64,000 nt of DNA from Nemertoderma westbladi (Eukaryota > Animalia > Xenacoelomorpha), in NCBI GenBank assembly GCA_032718475.1, contig JAUCBJ010007160.1, forward strand, positions 1-64,000, read 5' to 3'. Every line of letters begins with the position of its first letter. Position 1 is the stretch's first letter. The notes below the pieces were generated by a model. That model was not told where the DNA came from. It did not search any database and worked only from the letters and a program-made list of their open reading frames with translations. Both the position numbers and the translations under genes were made by a program. This document shows, piece by piece, positions 35,601-47,975 of this stretch.

Positions 35601-36954
35601 AATTACCCGCACTCAACTACCCCTACCCACCCTCCCTCCCTCCCACACCATATTTACCCGCACCGACCGCCCGAACCTAACAAACACACCCACCCCTACT
35701 TTTTCTACCTTATTCCGACTCCATGGCAAACATTCTCGGAGCAATCATGCCGTACCAGAAATTAGCAAAAACGGAAATCAGGGACAGTTTTGGCCAAAAC
35801 CTTTTTTATAAGAACCGTTTTTTGATAATAGTTTCCTATAAAATAATGCTAAGTATTTACATCCTAGAACATTCGATAACTATTGTAAATTATTGTAATT
35901 AATAGGTTGGTTGCTTTTTTTACCATATATTATTAAATAAATGTGAGATAGTTAGTTCAGTTAGTTTAATTATAATATCGTAAACATCACTGCACAAAAA
36001 CGCGTTTTACACACCAGATCTTTAAAACATTACCTTTATTCGTATGCGAAAATAAGGGTTATGCCAGAGCCAGCCTAGAGGCCAAGCAAGGTACCGTTAG
36101 CCGTAGCAATGCAAGAAGCTTCCTAGCTTTTAGATCCTTCCCCCTTTTCTTACCCCCTCATCCGTGCCATCACTGGTTCAGCCAAACAACCCAGGCAGCT
36201 CCGTAGCCCATCATTGTTCCAATTCTTCCGGTAGGCTATCATTACGGCTCTCCTAATTTGTTTCAAATTTGTTTCACTGGCATACTTAACATTGTTCCAA
36301 TTTTTTGAGCTCCGTAGCCCATCATTGTTCCAATTCTCCGGTAGACTATCATTACGGCCCTCCTAATTTGTTTCAAATTTGTTTCACTCCCATTCATAGC
36401 ATTGCAGGTAGGACACCATTACGTGGCTCCTAATATGTTTCAATTATGTTCCAATTTTGTTTCAACTAACAGAGACATACTAGTGGCAGTACGCGCGCAG
36501 GCCGCAATCAAGGTGCTTTTAAGCGTGAAGGCTTCCACTACGAACGATACAACACTGATAGAGTTAGGCCAACCCTCACTTATCGCGATAGTAAAAGAGA
36601 AGCAATACAAATATTACACATCCATGTTAGACAACCGCACCAGTTTCTTAGATGACCCGTTCAGCTATGCCATTCACGTATCTCGAATCAGCAATACCCC
36701 GGCTTGGAAACGCCAAGGAAGTCATATATCGTCGTGGACATAGAGAATCGTAAACTGAAGTTAAGACAATCGATGAAAACAAAGTCTGCAACGTACGTTA
36801 ACAAACACAACCCAGACCTATCTGTGCATAACATTTATAAACTGAAACTAAGTTACGTCCCGGAGCACCATCGGAAAGCAATGACACGATTAAGATTATC
36901 ATCACATAATCTACGTACAGTATTGAGACTGGGCGGTGGAGTAGAATACCTCGT

Positions 36955-37800
36955 GAACAACGCACGTGCCGATGTAACGGCGTAGACATCCAGGACGAAC
37001 AACGCACGTGCCGATGTAACGGCGTTGACATCCAGGACGAACAATGCACGTGCCCATGTAACGGCGTTGACATCCAGGACGAACAACGCACGTGCCGATG
37101 TAACGGCGTAGACATCCAGGACGAACAACGCACGTGCCGATGTAACGGCGTAGACATCCAGGACGAACAACGCACGTGCCGATGTAACGGCGTTGACATC
37201 CAGGACGAACAACGCACGTGCCGATGTAACGGCGTTGACATCCAGGACGAACAACGCACGTGCCCATGTAACGGCGTTGACATCCAGGACGAACAACGCA
37301 CGTGCCGATGTAACGGCGTAGACATCCAGGACGAACAATGCACGTGCCGATGTAACGGCGTAGACATCCAGGACGAACAACGCACGTGCCGATGTAACGG
37401 CGTAGACATCCAGGACGAACAACGCACGTGCCGATGTAACGGCGTAGACATCCAGGACGAACAACGCACGTGCCGATGTAACGGCATTGACATCCAGGAC
37501 GAACAACGCACGTGCCGATGTAATGGCGTTGACATCCAGGACGAACAACGCACGTGCCCATGTAACGGCGTTGACATCCAGGACGAACAACGCACGTGCC
37601 GATGTAACGGCGTAGACATCCAGGACGAACAACGCACGTGCCGATGTAACGGCGTAGACATCCAGGACGAACAACGCACGTGCCGATGTAACGGCGTAGA
37701 CATCCAGGACGAACAACGCACGTGCCCATGTAACGGCGTAGACATCCAGGACGAACAACGCACGTGCCCATGTAACGGCGTAGACATCCACGACGAACAA
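36955..37800. repeat. 42-bp tandem repeat x about 20 derived from the LINE zinc-finger coding sequence
   Basis: GAACAACGCACGTGCCGATGTAACGGCGTAGACATCCAGGAC = EQRTCRCNGVDIQD on the plus strand. Confidence 0.97.
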
Positions 37801-38856
37801 CACATGTTGACTAATTGCGAAAATACATAACATATACGGGACAGCTGCAGCAATATAGACCTATCACTTCCGGGTATTTACAACGAACATTGTACTGTAG
37901 TAGCATTTAAAATTTTTCAGATTGCCATGGTTAAGAACTGATGTCATGCTTAAGATTAATCTTAAATTGTGCTATTTATGTTAATATTTACTTACTTAAT
38001 TTGAAATTGTTTGATAGGCTGATATTTGTATATGTTTTGGTGTTTGATATGGTGTATTACGCTATGTCAGTAATTTCTGTTAATATGGACAATTGTCAAT
38101 AAACATTACTACTACTAGCATAAAAATTCAAACAACAAAAATCGAATTGGGTTTGATAATATGATATTTTTAAGTGTCATATTCGTGATCAGCGTCCCAG
38201 AAAACCCATAATATCTAACAATCAGGGTGATTTTGTGGTGATTTTTCATTATCATATTTGCAATACTTGTTTATTTCGTGCAACAGAGGGGGCACATTCA
38301 AAATGACCAAAATGTGTTCTCCAATGTTATACTTGTTCTATAATTGTAAATAGCATCCAAAAACCTATATATGACGTAAATAAAGTAATTTTAGTGTGCC
38401 ATAAAATTTTTATTAAAAATTTTAGCACGAAACATAACTGGAGATTGGTGCCAGAATGGGACCACAGAACGAAAACTAACATAGCCATGTAAATGGCGTT
38501 TGCTCAGTTTGATATCCCATTAAATTTTAGGAAAAGTCACGAAATCTCGGTTTTCCAAACAAACCTGACTCAAAGATACATACTATTTGCAAAAAAAATT
38601 CAAAAACACGGGGGCGGCCGCCATGTAGCGTCGTGATGGGTTGGGTGCGTACTCGGATACACTTTGCCCTTATACGAGGTGCGAGGGTCAAGGGTGAAGT
38701 GGCGGAGTTATGCTGGGATACCTTGAACGAGTGTTATTGACTCAACTTAATAATAACTACATAATAATACATGAATGAACCACATTTATTCCATAATTAT
38801 AATTATTAAATTAAACACTATATTTTTTTATAATAAATTAGATTGATAGAACTTAC

Positions 38857-39161
38857 ATGCCGCACTTGACTTCAACGGAACGGACCTCATCATCCATGTT
38901 TAGAGCAGCTAACTGGACTGTGTTGGTATTGGAAGAGATTGGCACTTTGACTCCGACGAGATGGTCCGCAGGATAGAGCTTTATGAGAGGCTCACAGGAG
39001 GGGCTAGTTCTAAGGATGGGCGGTGGAGTGATACGGAGGCTAGGGGGCAGTAGGGGCGGTGGAGTGCTACGGAGGCTAGGAGGGGCCAGGGGGGGCTGTG
39101 CTACGGCTGTAGCGCAGCTCAAACCGACTACCATGGCAATAAGTAGAGCGTTTATTGCCAT
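38857..39161 (-). CDS. Host gene first coding exon: signal peptide, Pro-rich segment, start of beta/gamma-crystallin
   Basis: MAINALLIAMVVGLSCATAVAQ, PP-rich stretch, IKLYPADHLVG..NMDDEVRSVEVKCG; |GTAAGT donor in phase 2 matches the exon at 30468. Confidence 0.85.
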
Positions 39162-39263
39162 TTGGAACAGAAACAAATTATCTAAAAATAATAATTTAGT
39201 TTGAGTTTATGCCTGAAACTACAGTTATAACTTTCGTTGGGCAAAGCTTTGCAATGTGGGCAA

Positions 39264-39335
39264 TGACGTCCAGGCGGGATCGAATTGGTGACCTCCAGGT
39301 TGGTAGTCTAACGCTCTTACCATTCTGCAGCTAGC
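39264..39335 (-). mobile_element. tRNA-like SINE head or tRNA pseudogene
   Basis: Minus strand TAGCTGCAGAATGGTAAGAGCGTTAGACTACCAACCTGGAGGTCACCAATTCGATCCC has A- and B-box-like motifs but no intact cloverleaf. Confidence 0.5.
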
Positions 39336-39510
39336 GGCTCAGGTCAATGAGGTAGACCTGGAAATTCTACCTGATACCTTGTGTGTCATCATGGTCTCCT
39401 ATCAGTCAATACCGTCATCATCTGCTGCCACTGTGTTCAATTCTACTGAACTTGGCCGTCTGTTCCATTTTGTTTATGTATGTATAGCGACGCAATCTAG
39501 ATATTGCATA

Positions 39511-39777
39511 GACCCCCTTATCACGGAGCAACTTATTTCTGCTACTTGTTTCTGTTGGACCTCCTCACATACATAAACTTGTTGTTGGACCCTATCTCAC
39601 ACAGAAACTTGTTGTTGGACCCCCTCATACACGGACACTTGTTTCAGTAATTTGTTGCTGGACTCCTCTCCGCACACAGAAAAGTTTCGGAAACAAGTTG
39701 CAGCAACAAGTTTATGTGAGTGAGGGGGTCGAGCAACAAGTTTCAGAAACAAGTTGATCCGTGTGAGGGGGGCCTTA
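39511..39777. mobile_element. Small MITE (Harbinger-like termini)
   Basis: GACCCCCTTATCACGGA / TCCGTGTGAGGGGGCC imperfect TIRs; internal repeats of GGACCCCTCACAC. Confidence 0.55.
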
Positions 39778-39909
39778 GACATACCTTTGTTGCACACCTC
39801 ATAAGATATTTATTCGTTCTAGAATATTATGTATTTACTTTTATGTTTTTTATTATTTATTTATTTATTTTAATTAAGCAGCAGCTTGTTCTAGATGGTA
39901 CCGGTACAA

Positions 39910-40466
39910 TACTGGGCTTCCAATTAGTAAGCACTGGTTCAATCCCCAGAAGGGACAGTACTGTTTTGACACAGTGATTTAAATGCTACAGCCTAGCACA
40001 ACCCTCTCTTTCAACCTTCAGTGGTCGATAAATGGGATCCAAAGCAACTTGGGAAACAGAGTGGAAGGGTTTACTGTGGAAGATCACCCATGGTTGTGAA
40101 CAGGCATTCCTTTAGGAAACAGAGTGGAAGGGTTTACTGTGGAAGATCACCGATGGTGTTGAACAGGCATTCCTTTAGGAAACAGAGGGTAGGGTTTAAT
40201 GTGGTAGATCACCCGTGGTGGAGAACATGTGTTCCTTTATGGAACAAAGTGGAAGATCACCCATGGTGATGAAGAGGCATTCCTTTAGGAAACAGAGTGG
40301 AAGGGTTTACTGTGGAAGATCACCCATGGTGATGAAGAGGCATTCCTTTAGGAAACAGAGTGGAAGGGTTTACTGTGGAAGATCACCCATGGTGGAGAAC
40401 AGGCATTCCTTTAGGAAACAGAGTGGAAGGGTTTACTGTGGAAAATCACCCATGGTGGTGAAGAGG
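39910..40466 (+). repeat. SINE copy whose 3' part is amplified as a 63-bp tandem repeat x about 6.5
   Basis: B-box GGTTCAATCCC and GGTCGATAAATG core; unit GGAAACAGAGTGGAAGGGTTTACTGTGGAAGATCACCCATG.. occurs once in the SINE near 3895. Confidence 0.8.
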
Positions 40467-40959
40467 TACAGTATTCCTTGGACTAACGAACCTGAAAGAT
40501 TCTCACATTCAATTTATTGTAATTCAATAACTTTAACAATTTTTGCAATTGTACTATCCATGAGAATAAATAAAGTCAAGAGTAAATATTATGTCTTATT
40601 TAAAAGGAATAATTATACTCTTGGCTCTACAGTAGCGAATATTAATTCTTGCAATCTTTCAATCTTGTATCTTATCTGTTTCTCAGCGATATTCAGACAT
40701 TGTTACATATTTGAAATCTATGTACCCTACTGTATCTTGCCAATTATGTACCAAACATCCAGTACCCACAACGTTGCGTAGGCAATGGTAGTTAGAGCTC
40801 TGTTGTACGCTGGTATATGTAGACAACCAATTTGTATTGGGTGAAGTTCAGTTTCAGTTTGGTCCATTCAGGTACACATAGTGAGTGAATGATACAGCAT
40901 ATTATATAGCCAAACGCAGATAAATCACTGGTATGTACTGTATGTCGAAACAGTATATT

Positions 40960-41327
40960 GTTGTGTAATTAATGTGGTGTGTTTAACATACGATTTATTC
41001 TTAGGTGCATTTCTACATTAAATGCCACCTCTCCTATTTATTAATATTGTGTATTATTGGTGTTACGTTATTCGCACAGTACGTGCAATAACTTCTATTA
41101 GTGTGAAATAGTAGTTATTGTATCAATATACTGTACATTGCAAGTCGAACTGAACCGTTTTATTTGCTGACACTGCTTCCGGGGTCTACTACAGTGCTAC
41201 ACATCCTCGACTGGATATTCTACGAGGGAAGCACCTACAGAACCGATAAGATCGAAGGATCAATATTCTCACACCCATGACGAAAGATATCCCTTCAGTG
41301 ACGTTTGCTGAAGGAGTTCCCTTACAT
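40960..41327. mobile_element. LTR-like fragment of a second family
   Basis: Homologous to 45700-46167; both end GGAGTTCCCTTACA; other boundary unresolved. Confidence 0.55.
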
Positions 41328-42074
41328 TATTTCTCTCAAATTGTGAAGTAAAATGTTATGTTGTATGATATATTTTACTTTACAGTAATTAATATTCGCC
41401 ATAATAGTATGAAATTAGATGATTTGACACCAAATAATTATAGCAGTAGCACCAATTTACATTCCGCAATTTTGATTATCTCTCTCACCAAAAACAATTA
41501 TTCATCCCCCAAAAACAACAATAATTATTCACTCCCAGAAAAAATAATTATTCATAGCCCAAAAACAATTAATCAATCTCCATAAAGTAATTACTTTTAA
41601 ACCAAAAACAATTCTTCCAGCACCAAATATTTTATGGAAAATTTATTTATACAAATTCATTTATTAAATATTTCCATAAATCAAACTAAATGTTTAATCA
41701 TATTATACCGACCATCCTCGTACCAATAGTCTGCTACTGAGAATCTGTAACTAAGATTCTGTTTATTTTGGTAGAATATTTGATTATTTTGGGGGAATAT
41801 GTATTTATTTCGGGGGATTCTGTATTTATTTTGGGAAAAATTGTATTTACTTTATTTTGGGGGTTTTGTCATCTATTTGGGGTGAATTTATTTTATTTGG
41901 GGTGACTTTATTTTATTTGGGGTGACTTTATTTTATTTGGGGTGACTTTATTTTATTTGGGGTGACTTTATTTTTTTTGAGTAACATTATTTAAATTGGT
42001 ATTTTATAATTTTTTTGATGAAATTTTCATCAATTTTGGTTTGACAATTGGTGACATCGGTACATAGCTATTAA

Positions 42075-43387
42075 CCCTATTACCACTGGGGGGGGGGGGG
42101 GGGGGGGGGGATCGTCTCCTTCCTAGTTTTTAATTGCTGTATCTATGCAACCACATTATGTACCTGCCCAATTTTTTGCAAAAATTAGTAAAATTTAATG
42201 GCATATCTTTTGCAAAAAACTGCGTTGCAATTAGATTTCTACTTTTCATTGTGGGTGCCACCTCAAAATTTGGTCCCCATCAGAATTTTTTTGAAATTTT
42301 CGAATTTTACAAGTTTGTGAGTTCGTAATTATTTATGTTGCGGCTATTTTTATAGATTCAATTTCGTATGGATCACTCTACTACTCTATATAAGTATGTA
42401 GGAGTAGTGGTACATCATTTTTGGAGCACCAAAATTAAAGCGTGGCACTTCAAATTTTCAAAATTGCAATATTCGTTAAATACTCTAAAGTTTTGATTTC
42501 AACGCATTTTCATTGGTTTTCTGGACCGCTAAATCGATTGAAAGTAATATTGAAGCCTAAATTCTTAGTGGGTATCGATTTTGGTGCACCAAAATTAGGG
42601 CGTGGCAAGTAGGCTTAGGCCTACTGCAGATTTTCAAAATTACGATAGTCAGAAAATACCACAAGGTTTTCATTTCAACCCATTTTTATAGGTTCTCTGG
42701 ACCGCTGAATCTATAGAAAGTGATATTATTGGTACACCAAAATTCCCGAAATTATCAAAATTAGGGCGTGGTGCTTTTTCAAAATTAGAATAAGTGCCAC
42801 TCCCAATACGTTCTATTTCACTGCAATTAAGGATTGTAATTTGTTACCAGATGAGATTAAAAAAATTCAAAATTTAAGGGGCTACAAATCGGCAGTAAAA
42901 TCACATTTAAGAGAACAATGCAAACTCCAATCCGAAAATTCTTACCTTTACTATTAATATTTTACATTGCACCGTTATGATTTGTCTTTAGTACTGTAGC
43001 ATATTGTAAGTGTAACGTACAGTAGGATACACAGTGTAACTATTTTTAAGGACCCTCTGGAAACAAGCGACAACGCTTTAGAGGTAATCCTCTACAGTAT
43101 GTTACAGTGTGTGTGTACATGGAATCTTACTATATTTAGGTAATGTTTTTTACTGTGTTTATAGTATAATTTTTGTATTGTACTTTCATATTGTAGAAAT
43201 AAATAATAATAATAATAATAATAACACTATTAGTTTTTAGAATATCAAAAAATTTTATATTTTGTCCTGGGACTACTTTTATTTTCATGAAAATTATTAT
43301 ACCCTCCTTATGAAATACAGTGGGGGGACCGAATCGGCCTCCCGCCAGTGCTGCTAATGGTATAAACACCCTGCAGTGGTAATATGG
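42075..43387. mobile_element. Diverged copy of the piggyBac-like MITE
   Basis: TTAA-CCCTATTACCACTGGGG start; degenerate CAGTGGTAATATGG end; internal similarity to 12898-14306. Confidence 0.85.
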
Positions 43388-43489
43388 TTTATTGTAGTAC
43401 AGTATTTGCATTTTCAGTAGATTATAGAATATACCGTACAATTTATTTTTATTATGAAACCTTGAACGAAACTCTTAATTCTGTTTTAT

Positions 43490-43990
43490 TTGAGAGAAAA
43501 TCATAGGCGTCGATGTAGAAAATTCTATATAAATCCTATTAGACAGAAGCGATATTGTTATGGACAATATTCAACTCTAAATCCTTTGTTACGAATGCGG
43601 CAGTGTCAATCAAGTCATCGCAACTACTATAGAATGACTAAAGAACGATTCGATAAACTAATCTGCTTAATGCTTAATTCAAATATTCATATGAATGAAA
43701 GGAAGCCAACTCATCGTTACCCTATAGAATCTATCGCTAACTCTACGTCACTTAGCTAGTGACTCTTCAATGACTAGCATTGCTGCTAGTCTAGAAGTTC
43801 TAGAACTTCTCTAATTTCTGACATTAGAATTTCACTATCCATAATTACTATCAGTCCTACACAACACACAAATTGGATATCAACCAGAAATGTTTCTCAG
43901 CCAATTTAATTCAATTGTGCGGTGGCAGCTAATTTATTCTGGTCTATTTCTAAATTCAAGAACACTATTTTTGCCCAATCCAATTTTTGG
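43490..43990 (+). pseudogene. PIF/Harbinger transposase N-terminal relic
   Basis: NYYRMTKERFDKL..RYPI followed by HLASDSSMTSIA in another frame. Confidence 0.55.
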
Positions 43991-44797
43991 TCAATTCAAC
44001 ATATTAAATATTCTCTTGGCATTGACATGCATCTGATATCAGACGCAATACCGTTCAAAAAGCGCGAACAGACGTCTGTACGTCTGTGACAGACGTACAG
44101 ACGTCTGTTCACGCCTTTAACATCTGACGACTTCTGACACAGATGCACCACAGACGCGTCTGCAGACGCCATTATACACCCTACGAAGTATAAATAAACC
44201 CGGCTTACCTTAAGTATAATGTAGTTAACAATCAACTACACAGTTTACATTTAGAGACTATGAAGTCTCCAATGAAAAATATGATGTTATGGAAGTAATA
44301 TGAGGACATGATATAGTTTCTTATACGGATTAATTGATATAATAATTGTGAGGCTTTCCTTCATTCTTCACATAACAAATGAAGCTGTTAAGATCGATTT
44401 ACATGCGTCAGTAGAATGCTACGCCAATTACAAATTATAATATAAACTCCCGCTGCTTTGTGTCGAGTTTAAATCAATGATTCTACCTTATAAGTATCTT
44501 CTATGTTTCTACACAGTTGATGGCGGTGGAGTGAATATGTAATATAAATTATTGTATATAAGCGAGTGGTGTGATGTACAAGTACAGAAGTACGGTACGA
44601 ATGGGATGTATGTAGACAATAAGGAAATGAGACAATATGTGGAAAAATTTAATAGGGAGGTTTGGGGGTCTAATAATTTTTAAAAATTTTGTTCTGATAT
44701 TTTATTAAGAATTGTGTCAGCTTAATGAAATAAATTACCTTGTTTAAAATATAGTTATATGATGTTAGACAACCACGACTTTAGAGGGATTGTGATA

Positions 44798-45196
44798 TTA
44801 ATATGAAAACAATAAAATAGGACATGGGGTCTTATTCCCTCAGATACTACCTAGCATTTAGGGCCACTTGGGCCACTGTTAGTACTCAGGCACTAGGCCC
44901 ATCAAAAAACACAAATTACCAAATCGATTTTAGTGCTACATAACCCAACCCAACTACCACAAGAAAAATTACACCAAACCATAGAGTAACTACAGGTTCC
45001 GGTAAGTATTGCACGAAATAGGTTATCCCATAAATTAAGAAAAAAGGTTATGTAGCACTAAAATCGATTTGGTATTTTGTTTTTTGATGGGCCTTAGTGC
45101 CTGAGTACCAACAGTGGCCCAAGTGGCCCTAAATGCTAGGTAGTACTGTATCTGAGGGAATAGACCCCATGTCCTATTTTATTGTTTTCATATTAA
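44798..45196. mobile_element. Foldback MITE with about 140-bp inverted arms
   Basis: TTAATATGAAAACAATAAAATAGGACATGGGGTC.. mirrored by ..GACCCCATGTCCTATTTTATTGTTTTCATATTAA. Confidence 0.85.
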
Positions 45197-45699
45197 AATA
45201 TAGTGACAAAGTTGTAAAGTTCGATCAGCGTTATTCCAGCCGTCGCCAGGGGTTACTAGTCGGACGTGCGGTTCCCCTATACCCAATATGTCATTGGCCC
45301 AATGATGTTAGTGAAGTAATCCCAAACCAATAAGCGACATAATTAGGAGAGCAACAACTATGGATGAATTATTGGCTACAGAGTGAGTAATGGTATGACA
45401 TGGTTATAAAACAATTAAGAAACGTGTGAACGTATATTGAGGCCCAAATTGAGTGTTAATATTGCGTATTGGCAGACCGAACAATGATGCAATAAAGTAG
45501 TACTGTAGGAGTATAACACAGTAAGAACAATAGATCTGGTTATTTGTTGCACTAAAAGGGAACTATTATTACATAGAGGGGATTACTCACAGCTGAGGAA
45601 GGGTAGCTAACATTTTGGTGTATAACAGGTGAAGGTGTTATTTGGATTATTATTAGACATTAGTCAGATGCTTTAAGTAGTGAATATTGTCAATATTGC

Positions 45700-46167
45700 G
45701 GTGTATATAATATTGTGTTTCTGATTAAGAACTTCATTCCTTAGGCGAATTTCTACATTAAATGTCACCTCTCTCTCTATAATTTACCTCACCTCTCCTA
45801 TATTACTTTACTGTTGTATATTATTGTTATTGGTATTACTCTACTTTACTTCTCACCATACATACGAGCAATAGCTATTATTGGTGAGAGATAATGAGCT
45901 ATTATCTAGTAAGTGCCATTATACTAGAAGTCAAACTGCACCCTCTTATTTGTTACACTGATTCCGGGGTCTAACACATATCCTCGACAGGCCACTGGTT
46001 GACTGACAGGAGGTTCCCTGAGCGAAACCGGAAGTCAAGTGGGAAGGGAGGTAGGCATTCTACATACTAGAGTACACCTAAGGGATCGAATAAGGGTCTT
46101 TCGACTATTTCACACAGCCGACGAAAGATATCCCTCTAGTGACCTTTACTGGAGGAGTTCCCTTACA
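45700..46167. mobile_element. LTR-like sequence of the second family (possibly a solo LTR starting near 44285)
   Basis: Ends CCTTACA; homologous to 40960-41327; the possible TSD TATGA/AATGA has one mismatch. Confidence 0.5.
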
Positions 46168-46328
46168 AATGAGTCAAATTGCCCAATAAAAATTAGACGA
46201 GTCACTTTCGCAATAGTTTTAAATAGAAAAGTCATTTTCCCACTAGTTCACTTCCCCAATATGCTGGAGTTCACTTCCCCCTTCCCCAATTTAGCATCTA
46301 CTGCTCTCGTCGGGGAAGAAGATCTTGG

Positions 46329-47975
46329 ATGTCCTCTCCACGAACTAGAGGCCTAATCGCCAAACTCTGTCTTCTGTCTCTGGCTGGGGATATTGAGACC
46401 AACCCAGGACCCAGCAGGACGCGGGCCCCGAAGATCAACTGCCCGTCTGTCAACGAGGAACAAACTATCGGAGTAAGATCGTCCAATGCGAGAGTTGTGA
46501 CACATTTGTACATTTAAAATGTTACCGTAGGAAAAGCAGTAATTTATTCTCCACCAGAAACAATCTTGCGCCAAGTTTTCTCTGCAATAGCTGTATTTTT
46601 ACCGAACTTCCCTTTCATGATACTATTTTAGAATCAGAAGCCGACGATTCATTCCTCACATCGCCTCTGCAAACTCCAAGTGATGCTGAGAGTGAAACTT
46701 TTAAATTTTCTAAGAAAAAAGGTCTGCATTTTTTGCATTTAAATGCACGATCTCTGTTTCCCAAACTTTCCGAAATTCGTATTTTAATCAATATATCCAA
46801 CCCAGCAGTTTTAACAATCTCTGAAACTTGGCTCGATGATAACGTTTCTGATGGAGAAATTTATATTGATAATTAGGTAGTTTTACTTAAGGATAGGGAC
46901 AGACACGGTGGTGGTGTCTGTACTTACATTCGATGTGATTTAGCTTTTAATCGTAGGGAAGATTTAGAGACTTGTGACGAAGTTTTACTGGTGGAACTTT
47001 TACTTCCTAAAACTAAACCTATTTTAATCGGTACTTTATATCGGCCCCCTAAACAATCAGATTTTTTGCAAAATTTTGAAAATACAATTTTATGTAATCT
47101 TAGGTCAGACTGTGAAATATATTTCTTAGGTGATTTTAATATCTGTTACCATCACAAAGCATCCCCCATCTGTAAACAGTACCAAAGTATTTTAAATTTG
47201 TTTGGTTTAAAACAAATTATTCGAGATTCTAACAGAATTACCAGTAAAACTTCTACTTTACTAGATCACATCCTTTGTAATAATACCAATATTATTTCTC
47301 AATCTGGGGTTTTACCTATAGGTCTAAGCGATCATTTTATAGTTTTTTGTGTTTAGACACAAAAATCTTTTTTCGGGGATCATAAAACAGTAACAGTTAG
47401 GTCTATGAAAAATTACAGCAAGGAACGCTTTTTAAGTTTGTTAGTTAATTCTGACTGTGAACCCTGTTTTAAGGCCGCTGACATTTACCTTGCGTACACT
47501 GTTTTTAAAGATATATTTCTAAAGGCACTTAATACTGTAGCACCAATTAAAGAAATTAGTCTTAAACAACGCACTGAGCCCTGGATGACCTCGGGTATTC
47601 TTAGTAATATCAGAGAAAGAGATAACTATTTGTATAAATTTAGGAAATACCGTGTTGTAGCTGATTATAATAATTACTGCAAATATAGAAACCTTGTCCA
47701 ATGTGAAATAAAAAAAAGCCAAATCTGAATATTTGTACAACAAAATAAGTGAGAATAAAGATAATCCTAAAAGTCTATGGTCTACCCTAAAATCTTTAGG
47801 TTATAAAAACCTTAAATCTAAATCGAATATTGTTCTGCAAGATAACGGTGAGCTGATTCATGATCATACTCTAGTTAGTAATTTATTTAATAATTATTTT
47901 ACTAATGTTGCCTCTAATTTAGTTAAGAAGTTACCGTTATCAAGTAATAAATATAGTATAGGGTCCGAAACTCTA
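46329..47975 (+). mobile_element. CR1/L2-group LINE 5' part (2A-like motif, APE endonuclease), RT missing
   Basis: LAGDIETNPGP; HLNARSL, ISETWL, DRDRHGGGV, YRPP, LGDFN, TLLDHI, LSDH; stops and frameshifts. Confidence 0.88.

Larger units (their letters stand above)
31385..38118 (+). mobile_element. 5'-truncated LINE split by a satellite-bearing insertion
   Basis: GVRQG..LFVIYLN..LLFMDD..YTYLGS (31385-31800); C-terminal part at 36490-37830 (LIELG, RLRLSSHNL, ETGRW, CCHC); AATAAA plus (TAC)n tail near 38100. Confidence 0.85.

Noticed and set aside
36798-37853. Three long minus-strand ORFs and a CRISPR-like look
   Set aside because: Pure 42-bp tandem repeat with no unique spacers; derived from plus-strand LINE coding sequence.
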